Origin: Chiloscyllium plagiosum
Taxonomy: Eukaryota
Length of the DNA stretch: 64,000 nt
Reading direction: 5' to 3'
Assembly: GCF_004010195.1 (NCBI RefSeq)
Contig: NC_057724.1
Span: 65,730,096-65,794,095 of the forward strand
This document shows positions 24,881 through 34,719 of the stretch, one piece after another (position 1 is the stretch's first letter; each line of letters begins with the position of its first letter). The notes under the pieces are model-generated. The model did not search any database. It worked only from the letters and a program-made list of their open reading frames with translations, and was not told the origin of the DNA. The translations under genes and the position numbers were made by a program.

Positions 24881-25124
24881 TTTTTTCCAAGATGATATTG
24901 CATTTTCAAGTTGCTTGAAATGAGCGATGTTGACTAGTAATCCAAATTGCCGAATGTTAAAAGGAACAGATGGGAATTAGCCTGTGCAACATTTAGTACA
25001 CATTCATCTAGCTTGTTAGAATACCGGCTATTGCCTTTTGCATCTGTTTGCTTTAATAAATATTAATAAATTAATTTAACTACTTAACTTGTAATGTACG
25101 ATACTTAGTTTATGGAGTCAGAGT

Positions 25125-25274
25125 TGAAAAGCATGGCACTGGAAAAGCACAGCTGTCAGACAACATCCGAGAAACAGGAAAGTCAATGTTTCAGGCATAA
25201 GCCCTTCATCCTGACCTGCTGTGCTTTTCCAGCACCACACTTTTTGACTCTGATCTGCAGTCATCACTTTCTCC
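25125..25274. mobile_element. degenerate palindromic PLE insert with 14-bp TSD
   Basis: TSD tatggagtcagagt at 25111-25124 and 25275-25288. Confidence 0.7.
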
Positions 25275-25279
25275 TATGG

Positions 25280-26340
25280 AGTCAGAGTAATACCACACAG
25301 AAACAGACCATTTGGTCCAATTTGTACACATCGACCAGACATCCCAATCTGCCTAATACCAGCATCTGGCTCAACTCCCTCGAAACTTTTCCTATTCATA
25401 TACCCATCCAGATGCTTTTTAAATGTTGTAATTGTACCTGCCTCCCCCATTTCTTTTTGGCACAAGCCACCCTCAGTGTGAAAAAAATTACCTCTCTGGC
25501 CCTTTTTAAATCTTTCCCTTCTCACTTTAAATCTATGCCCTCTAGTTTTGGACTCTCCCACCCTAGGAAATAAACCTTGGCTTTTCTCCCTATCCATGCT
25601 GCTCGTGGTTTTAAATTTCTGAGCGTTGACCTTGCAGCCTCTATGCTTGATGGGGGAAAATGTTCTCGCCTATTCAGCCTCTCCCTATAACTCAAAACCT
25701 CCAATACTGGCAACATCATTGTAAATCTTCTCTGCACCCTCTGAAGTTTAGCAACGTCCTTCCTTGATCATGGAATAGAATACATCATAAAACTCCTACA
25801 GTGTGGAAACAGGCCATTCGGCCCAACATGTCTACACCAACCCTCAGAGTATCCCACCCAGACCCATTCCCTTACCCTATTGCTTAAAAATGTGTTGCTG
25901 GAAAAGTGCAGCAGGTCAGGCAGCATCAAAGGAACAGGAGAATCGACGTTTCGGGCATAAGCCCTTCTTCAGGAACCCTATTGCTCTACATTTACCTCTG
26001 ACTAATGCACCTAACCTACACATCCCTGAACACTATGGCAATTTAGCATGGCCAATTCACCTGACCCGCACATCTTTAGACTGTGGGAGGAAACCAGAGC
26101 ACCTGGAGGAAAACCATGCAGACACTGGGAGAATGTGTAAACTCCATAAAGACAGTCAGCTGAGATTGGAATCGAACCTTGGTCCCTTGTGCTGTGAGGC
26201 AGCAGTGCTAACCACTGAGCCACCGTGCTGCCCAAATGGAAGGACAAGCAGAATTGTACGCAGTATTCTAAAAGTAGCCTCACCAATGTTCTGTACAGCT
26301 GCAATAAGACATCTCAACTCTGATATTCCATGTTCTGACC
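25280..26340 (-). mobile_element. CR1 3' fragment interrupted by an HE1-type SINE (about 25780-26235), itself carrying a PLE monomer (25885-25974, TSD accctattgct)
   Basis: CR1 ORF remnants on both sides; SINE head gggcagcacggtggctcagtggttagcactgctgcc on minus. Confidence 0.8.
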
Positions 26341-26741
26341 AAGTTGTGAAATTGAAGTCAGTAAATCTGTTAATTTATTAGTTGGCATTAGGAAGAAATG
26401 AATGGGAGTCTGCCAGATTGTGACAACAATCCAACTAATTTCCTAATATCTTTCACATAGAAAACATACTGATCTAGTCTGCCAATATAGGTCGCCTGTA
26501 TCATGGGACTTGTTTGACAAGAGTCCATGACTTGGTTATTGCTGAAAATCGACACATTTCTGTCAGTGGTTTTTTTCCCATGCCAGCCACTCTCTTCACA
26601 TGCGGTATTTTATTTTTTATTCACTCATGGTGTAAAATGTTCCCTTTACATTTGATTTTGTTGTGAACGACCTGATGAGTGAGTACTAGATGAAAGTCTT
26701 CAAAATATATTATTTTCAGCAACACTTATTTGATTCTTCTA

Positions 26742-26975
26742 TGATTTGGAGATGCCGGTGTTGGACTGGGGTGTACAAAGTTTAAAAATCACTCAACACC
26801 AGGTTATAGTCCAACAGGTTTAATTGGAAGCACACTAGCTTTCGGAGCGACGCTCCTTCATCAGGTGATTGTCACCTGATGTCACAATCACCTGATGAAG
26901 GAGCGTCGCTCCAAAAGCTAGTGTTCTTCCAATTAAACCTGTTGGACTATAACCTGGTGTTGTGTGATTTCTAAC
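26742..26975. mobile_element. palindromic insert of a third PLE family, 13-bp TSD
   Basis: Arms aaatcactcaacaccaggttatagtccaacagg.. / ..cctgttggactataacctggtgttgtgtgattt; TSD tttgattcttcta at 26729-26741 and 26976-26988. Confidence 0.85.
26833..26867 (-). ncRNA. minimal hammerhead ribozyme motif, family 3
   Basis: Minus: CAC-CTGATGA-a-GGAGC gtc GCTCC-GAAAG-CTA-GTG; the plus-strand twin near 26890 has GAAA mutated to AAAA. Confidence 0.75.
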
Positions 26976-27139
26976 TTTGATTCTTCTAGCATTACAGAAA
27001 GCTAGTCATTTTTAAAACCTTGATTTAAGGTGCACCATATAGGAATAGGTAGTGGTCACTAAGTGCATGTTTGGCAGCGTCCTTTTTATTAAAACAAATC
27101 ATTTTTAAACTCGGTCATTTAAAACATTTTTTTGTTTAG

Positions 27140-27452
27140 GCATGACCGGGTTGAAGATGACAGTGGAAGAGATTACCGGGATAAAGAGGATAGGGAGCGT
27201 GAGAGAAGGCTAAAGGACAAAGAACGTCGGAAACGGCAGGAGGAAGAACGATGGAAGTCAAGGGAGCGATGTGAGGCAGACAAATCTTTCAGAAAAAAGG
27301 ATGAAGAGATTAAGAAGGAAAATGATCAAACAAATGAGAAGACCAGGAAGAAGGAAAGCTCAGAAGCTGCATCAAGTTATGACCGGTTGGAGAGAGGAAA
27401 AGAGGAGAAGAAGGAGGATGGCACAGCAAAGAAGGAACGAATTCGAAATAAG
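27140..27452 (+). CDS. UPF3B: UPF3B exon 9 (HDRVEDDSGRDYRD..KKERIRNK)
   Basis: 313 nt, tag acceptor, gtacaa donor; ends in RIRNK, the first half of the EJC-binding motif. Confidence 0.93.
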
Positions 27453-27984
27453 GTACAAGGATGTTTAATTGAGTCTTACAATCGAACAGAGAATGTTAGT
27501 GAAGCCAATGCTACCTTCTACTGCTCTTTAAAACATGCACGTGTGTGGAATAAAATACTCAACCACCAGTTTTTCTTTGGTAGTGCAGCTCAACCTATTA
27601 AAGCCATTTCATAATATCTTAACACACATTTTTGTTTATTTGCTTATTTGTGTTGTTCTCTATGTACCTTTTTTATCTATTTATTCAAAAAAATGAGAAA
27701 TACCTTCAAAGATATGTCATTCTCCCTCTGAATTTATTCAGCGTAGTTGTCCCATTTTCAACAATTGAAGATTGACATATTGACAGCATTACTCTGAAAT
27801 AAACATAAATTGTGCGCTTTGCTTTTAAAATTTTATTGCATTATCCCTGATGTCTTTAAAGAAAATGCATTTTTTTTCTTGTGGAAATGTGATAATATCT
27901 AATCCACCTTTCAGAAGTGTATTTTCAGGTATCGGATATTGAGTTGTTGAGTTTGAAAGTTAACTTTTTTTTTAATGTTTACAG

Positions 27985-28152
27985 GACCGACCAACAATGC
28001 AGCTGTACCAGCCAGGAGCACGGAGTCGTAGCCGGTTAATGACCAGTACAAAGTCTAATGACAGCAGCATAAAGCCACCAGAAGCAAGTGAGGAGAAAAA
28101 GGAGGAATTTGAGGCTTCCAGGAATATTGCAGAAAAGGAGAGTGAAGAATGA
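27985..28152 (+). CDS. UPF3B: UPF3B last coding exon (DRPTMQLYQPGARSR..KESEE*); regulator of nonsense transcripts 3B, total CDS 1413 nt = 470 aa
   Basis: cag acceptor; RIRNKDRP.MQLYQPGARSR is the UPF3B-type EJC-binding motif; TGA at 28150-28152; all exon phases are consistent. Confidence 0.95.
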   Translation, partial: DRPTMQLYQPGARSRSRLMTSTKSNDSSIKPPEASEEKKEEFEASRNIAEKESEE

Positions 28153-29706
28153 AAAGGCTGCTGCTAATTCAAGGGTTGAGCAGTCGCAGCACACTAACCA
28201 AGTGTGGGGAAGTCCAAAAGTGTGCTTATTGGAGAGGAGTTCAGAGAACGAGGCTGGTGTGGATTTCTTGTCAGATAAAATGTTTGAAACTGGTAATTTC
28301 CCTATTTTAAGAATGGAGGTCTTGTTTTGCCATCGTGATTGTGACCAGGCACTAAAGTGCAAGAATATTGTGATTGAAGGTTAACTGGGATGTAAATTAG
28401 ACATTGCGCTTGCTAGACAGGTGCAAATGACTCTGAAAATATACTCGTCAACAGCTTTGATATGATATTAATGAAACACCCCATCATTTGCTTCAGTAGG
28501 CAGATGGCAAATAAAGGAAATGCTCTGTCGCTACAGCAGAATTATACTAGCAAATGCTAGTAACTTACTTAGGTCGTAAGTTTAAAATATGTTTGGTGCA
28601 CCATTTACTGATTATAGCATGGGAGACCAAATTCTTAGTGGCCTTATCAACCTTTTCCACTTGCAGAATGAATGAAAAGACCTAGTGGGAATGTGGAGGA
28701 AATGGACAAAGTAGCATTGTTTTTCACATTTGTCATACTTGCTGCATTTTACAGTTAGTCTTGTCCAAGTTTCAGTCGCAATTTGTATTGAAAGCGCTGT
28801 GTGGAAGTGATGTAATTTCTCTGTTCCACTCTTCTACCCTTTAGAAGTTTCATTATTAGGTTACTGATATTTGTGGGAAAAGCTTGGAGAATTCCTAACT
28901 TTGTTCACTTCTTGTGCCAATCTAGTTTGTTTTCTTCAGATCATCCAGCTATTTATAAAATACACACTAACTTACTGGAAAATAGTTGGAAATTATTCTT
29001 CACCAAAAATTTTGTTTTCAACATATCTTTCATTCATGGCACTATTCATTACCTTTGAAAATATGGCAGAGTCATTGGCTGGCCATCCAGCAGAGGGTGC
29101 TGATAACACAGAAACCTGGAGTTTTTAAATATTGATGTTTAGCCTTCTGGAAACCTGTTTGGATGGATAGGCATGTGCACTTTTTATTAAATAAAGGTAC
29201 TGAAATTGTGGTCCAGTTTGGAGTAGAAAATTAATTTTGAGGGCAGGGTGGGTTGCGGTGCAGTGATTTTCTTGGGGAAAGAGAGAAAGGAAATTGGTTC
29301 AGTAGCCAGTTTTATTTTGAAGATTTTACTTGTGAAGAGTGAACTAGCTTTGGATCATGCACGGTTAAAATAAGCAGGCACATATTAAGCCTGTTTCTTG
29401 ATTCCTGATTTGTTACATTGCTGGATTTTTATGCTTTTTTTTTACAACATCTGGACATTGCACATATGTTCAGGGTCCGAGAACGTATAAGAATCAAAAA
29501 CAAATTAAACTAAGAACAGTGAGCACTGTTGGCTTTACTTTTGTGCAGCATCAAAAAGATTACTAAGTTAGTGGTACATTCCAATTGTATAATTGTTGAA
29601 ACAATTCTTTCAGTAGGAAGTTTTGCTATTTTGATCCTCAGAGCTCTGCTTTTGCTTTATTTCCATGCATTGTTTATGTTTTCAACAGTGTTGAACACTT
29701 GCAATC

Positions 29707-29712
29707 AATAAA
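29707..29712 (+). promoter_or_regulatory. candidate distal UPF3B polyadenylation signal (proximal candidates at 28510 and 29190)
   Basis: AATAAA followed by a GT/T-rich tract (gtgtgtgcagttctgtttt). Confidence 0.55.
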
Positions 29713-30099
29713 TACCAATAGCAAAGTGTGTGCAGTTCTGTTTTATCCAGAAGTTTAAGTTTTTTGGCATTATACTTTATTAATGGGTGTTTCTAGATAT
29801 CAGAAGCTTCCAGGATTAAAAATGCCTTTCAGCTTATTAATGATCAGCTGTGCAAGATCATTACATTAACTATTTCTTCATTAGCTTTCAAGTATGTGCC
29901 CAATTCCTTTTTACGTTTCCTGTGGAATCTAAATCCATAATTCAGATCTTAACTTTCTGGGGCGGGGGGAGGGTTCCTAATTCTTCCTCCCACCCCACAA
30001 GAATGTTTAGCAACTCGAAGTCATAGATTTAATCATTTTGCCAGGGGAAACAACTTCTCTTTGTCTGCTCTGTATAACACTTTGCAAGCCAATTGTGTT

Positions 30100-31532
30100 G
30101 AAAATGTGTTGCTGGAACAGCGCAGCAGGTCAGGCAGCATCCAGGGAACAGGAGAATCGACGTTTCGGGCATAAGCCCTTCTTCAGGAATGAGGAAAATG
30201 TGTCCAGCAGGCTAAGATAAAAGGTAGGGAGGAGGGACTTGGGGGAGGGTCGTTCGAAATGCAATAGGTGGAAAGAGGTCAAGGTGAGGGTGATAGGTCA
30301 GACTGGGGTGGGGGCGGAGAGGTCAGGAAGACTGTGCTGAGTTCGAGGGATTAGACTGAGACAAGGTGGGGGGAGGGGAAATGAGGAAACTGGTGAAATC
30401 CGAGTTCATCCCTTGTGGTTGGGAGGGTTCCTAGGCGGAAGATGAGGCGCTCTTCCTCCAACCGTCGTGTTGTTGTGGTCTGGCGATGGAGGAGTCCATG
30501 GACCTGCATATCCTTGGTGGAGTGGGAGGGGGAGTTGAAGTGTTGAGCCACAGGGTGGTTGGGTTGGTTGGTCCGGGTGTCCCAGAGGTGTTCTCTGAAA
30601 CGTTCCGCAAGTAACCGGCCTGTCTCCCCAATACAGAGGAGGCCACATCGGGTGCAGCGAATGCAATAGATGATGTGTGTGGAGGTGCAGGTGAATTTGT
30701 GGCGGATATGGAAGTTTCCTTTGGGGCCTTGGAGGGAAGTGAGGGGGGGGGTGTGGGCGCAAGTCTTGCACCTCCTGCGGTTGCAGGGGAAGGTGCCGGG
30801 AGTGGAGGTTGGGTTGGTGGGGGGTGTGGATCTGACGAGGGAGTCATGGAGGGAGTGGTCTTTACGGAACGCTGATAAGGGAGGGGAGGGAAATATATCC
30901 TTGGTGGTAGGGTCCATTTGGAGGTGGCGGAAATGACGGCGGATGATACGCTGTACATGGAGATTAGTGGGGTGGTAGGTGAGGACCAGTGGGGTTCTGT
31001 CCTGGTGGTGGTTGGAGGGGCGGGGCTCAAGGGTGGAGGAGCGGCAAGTGGAAGAGATGCGGTGGAGGGCGTCGACCACGTCGGGGGGGAAATTGCGGTC
31101 CTTGAAGAAGGAGGCCATCTGGGTTGTACGTTTTTGGAACTGGTCCTCCTGGGAGCAGATGCGGCGGAGATGAAGGAATTCGGAGAATGGGATGGCGTTT
31201 TTACAGGGGGCATGGTGGGAGGAGGTGTAGTCCAGGTAGCTGTGGGAGTCGGTCGGTTTGTAGTAGATGTCCGTGTTGATTCGGTCGCCTGAGATAGACA
31301 TAGAACGGTCGAGGAAGGGGAGGGAGGAATCTGAGACTGTCCAGGTGAATTTGAGGTCGGGGTGGAAGGTGTTGGTGAAGTGGATGAACTGTTCAACCTC
31401 CTTGTGGGAGCACGAGGCGACGCCGATACAGTCCTGGACTACACCTCCTCCCAACCTGCCCCCTGTAAAAACACCATCCCATTCTCCCAATTCCTTCGAC
31501 TCCGCCCGGGGAAGCGAAAATCATGGAGGAGG
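30100..31532 (-). mobile_element. 5'-truncated Penelope-like element (RT thumb + GIY-YIG, open frame), 13-bp TSD
   Basis: ORF 30351-31490 with LPFLD..TDIYYKPTDSHSYLDYTSSH, C.RRRCKTC, IIYCIRCTRCGLLCIGETGR; TSD agccaattgtgtt at 30087-30099 and 31533-31545; sense hammerhead in the 3' end at 30155-30190. Confidence 0.92.
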
Positions 31533-31969
31533 AGCCAATTGTGTTCCCATCCATAATGGATGTTTTTTGTCTGACTGAACCTGATAGCAGTTTGGCTTTC
31601 AAAGCTGATGGCAGTGAACGCAACATCAATTTCTTGTATAACACACCACTGCAGAACATAGAAAGCTGGTTCTTTAATAAACAAAAGGACCACCTGCTGG
31701 TACCATCGCACCAAGTAAAGAATGCCATTAAATTCTGTTTCTGCATCTCCTTTGCTGGACTCAAAGTCTGGTTGCAAGCACAGAAACTCCTGCTCTCATG
31801 GACAAACTAAAGGTAAGTGCAAGATCTCTGCTGCAACTGTATATTTGTGAATCAAGTAAGTTTACCTATTAAAAGGTAATCTGGGGGAGATCCAAGATGG
31901 CGGTAGTCTGAGTGGTCTGCTGTGCTGTGCTGGGCTCTGTGCCGTACCCCTGGGCAAGGTGGACCTTTA

Positions 31970-32202
31970 GTTGAAACTTTATTGCTGGAACAGCACAGCA
32001 GGTCAGGCAGCATCCAGGGAACAGGAGATTCGACGTTTCGGGCACAGGCCCTTCTTCAGGAATGAGCCTTCTTCATTCCTGAAGAAGGGCCTGTGCCCGA
32101 AACGTCGAATCTCCTGTTCCCTGGATGCTGCCTGACCTGCTGTGCTGTTCCAGCAATAAAGTTTCAACTTTGACCTCCAGCATCTGCAGACCTCACTTTC
32201 TC
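31970..32202. mobile_element. perfect palindromic PLE insert with two back-to-back hammerheads (32028-32063 minus, 32075-32110 plus), 15-bp TSD
   Basis: About 96-bp exact inverted arms; ATTC-CTGAAGA-a-GGGC ctgt GCCC-GAAAC-GTC-GAAT; TSD caaggtggaccttta at 31955-31969 and 32203-32217. Confidence 0.9.
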
Positions 32203-34474
32203 CAAGGTGGACCTTTACTCCTGCCCATCTCCCCCCCCCCCCCCCCCCCTTATCAACCACCACCAGGAGAAAAAAGTATTCATTTAAACGTGCTATTTGG
32301 AGCTGCTGAAATCGTCTGGGACAGCTTTAAGGCCAGGATGAAGTCCAGTAAAGGAAGGGGGCCTAAAGGAGCACAGCAGACTGGGCACTCCCCTACTGCA
32401 TCGAGGGTGCCTGCAGCCAGTGTTCAGACTCCTGGGGCGGCCCCTTGGGATCCAGCAGGACAGCAGCACTTACTGCCGGAGTTTGCCAAACTCTTGAGAG
32501 TGGATTCAAGCAGCAGTTGAGCTACTCTCTGCCGTGCTAAAGAAGCATGAACAGGAAATCCAACTGCTGGAATGAAGACTGGAGGCAGTGGAGGAGAGGA
32601 CCGCGGCATCAGAGACTGTAGCGGAGATCTCGGGAGGAAGAATCCAAACACTGGAAGATCAGGTTCGGGTCCTTCAGGATCAAGTCGACTACCTGAAAAA
32701 TTAAAAAAAGGAAAAACTTACAGATTGGGGGTCTCCCGAAACACGAGGAAGGCAAGGACCTTGTCAGCGTTCTGCAGGGGTAGCTTCCGAAGTTCCTGGC
32801 ATTGGAGTCAGTCGGGCCTGGTAAGCATGGAGCGGGTCCACTGGATTGCAATGCGCAGGTCGGACTGGACCTGTGTTCCAGTGCGGTCCTTGTACAACTC
32901 CTGTATTATAACTTTGACTCCACGGAAAAGGCGAGGGACTCTGAAATCTTTGAAGTGAAGGACCAGAGTCGGGGTGGGAGGAGAGGGGTTATATTACCGC
33001 CCCCACCCCCCTTCCTACTTCCCTATTCCCTTTGGTTGTGGTTATTGGTTTTGTATGTACAGTTGTAAAATTATTTTATATATCAGTCGGTTGGGTATTA
33101 TCTAGGGTTCCTTTTATATATATATATATTGCTGTCTTCTTGAATTTGTATTGGGGTGGCTATATCTGTGGCTAAGATAAGTGGGTTGGGGGATGGGTAT
33201 CCATAGTTAACTTTCAGAATGTAAATGACAGGTTTGTTTGTGAATTGCCTGGGGCTCGGGCACGATGTCAGCTAAAGGGAGTTAAGATGATAGTAAAGAT
33301 TGGGAGAGGTGTCCCCTATGGGCAAGGGGGAAGATCTCGAGCGAATTGGGGGTTATTTGGGTGTCTCTTTCAGTTAAATTGTGTTTTTTTTTAGTTGTTT
33401 TTATAGGAATAGTTTTTAGATCTCAGAGTTAATATCTTTGTAACACGTCACACCTCGATAAGCTCCCTTCTCCTGGGAAACCACAGGTTGCCCTGGATGA
33501 CAGTGGCTAGTGATTTGTTCAGGTGGTGCACCTGGAATATAAAAGGGAGCCATTCTCCTATTAAAAGAAAGAAGGTCTTATCAAGCCTCCGGAAAGAAAG
33601 GGTGGACATTGCCCTCCTCCAAGAGACTCATCTAACTGATAAGGAACATCTGAAACTGCAGCAGGGGGCTTACGACAGGGTATTTTTCTCATCCTTCAGC
33701 TCTAAGAGTAGAGGTGTGGCTATACTGATAAGAAGGAACTTACCTTTCCAGGTAACTGAGCAGATTAAGGAGGAATATAGATGGTTTATATTCTTAAAGC
33801 CCTAATACATGAAGAAGAATATGGTGTTTTGAATGTGTACTGTCCCCCAGCGCACCCTCTTTAATTCAGCCATTGCATCAATTAGAAAATTAAGATTATA
33901 GGAGGGGATTTTAATGGCCTAATAGATCCAGAGATTGACAGGGTGCCAATAGGGCTGGCAGATATGCCCGTGCAGTCTAAGCAGTTGGTGGATATGTGAA
34001 ATGAGTTGGGACTAGTGGATGTGTGGAGGTACCTCCACCCTAATGGAAGAGACTTCATGTTCTATTCCAACCCACAGAAGTGCCATATGCAAATTGACAT
34101 GCGTTTATGCCAGCTGACGGTCTGGACAGAACATTGGCGTGCAAAATTGGGGATACAGCTGTTTCGGATCAAGCACCAGCATATTTAAGTGTTAAAATCA
34201 AGGGTAGTGGAATGGATGTATGTCACTGGTGCATGGATCCATTTTTGTTAGGGGATAGCAAATTTGTTGAATATATTATGAGAGTTCAGGGCCTTTTGGG
34301 ATACTAGTTCAGGTATGGCTAGTAATCTGGCAATGCTTTGGGAGGCCACTATGGCATATTTACGAAATTGGTCTGTGTGAAGCATGTTCCTCAGGGTCCT
34401 TCCCTTTCATTAAAATGAGGGAGATATTAGCCTCCCTAAGAGAAGTTGGCAGACAATCCTGTGTGTAAGAATAG

Positions 34475-34719
34475 CGCTGAAAATGTGTTGCTGGAGAAGC
34501 GCAGCAGGTCAGGCAGCATCCAGGGAACAGGAGAATCGACGTTTCGGGCATACGCCCTTCTTCAGGAAGCCCTTCACCAAAAACTTTCATGTACTTACCC
34601 CCACACTCCGGATTCCTCAACTGATTTCTGAAGAAGGGCTTATGCCCGAAACGTCGATTCTCCTGTTCCCTGGATGCTGTCTGACCTGCGCTTCTCCAGC
34701 ATCTGCAGACCTCACTTTC
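34475..34719. mobile_element. palindromic PLE insert with unique spacer, 17-18 bp TSD
   Basis: TSD tcctgtgtgtaagaatag at 34457-34474 and 34720-34737; hammerhead cores on both arms. Confidence 0.85.

Noticed and set aside
26671-26700. Extra hammerhead at cctgatgagtgagtactagatgaaagtc
   Set aside because: No convincing stem II or stem I pairing; at best a decayed copy.
10899-28152. UPF3A identity
   Set aside because: The MKE.KE start, RIRNKDRP.MQLYQPGARSR motif and NDUFA1/SOWAH synteny indicate UPF3B.
29470-29565. Alternative UPF3B terminal exon or duplicated ERIR.KNK motif
   Set aside because: Weak polypyrimidine tract, the resemblance is out of frame with the AG, and A-rich sequence gives such matches by chance.
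31523-31810. 95-aa ORF MEEEPIVFPS.. with good Kozak context
   Set aside because: Its ATG lies inside the PLE insertion (before the TSD at 31533-31545); a chimeric frame with no recognisable homology.
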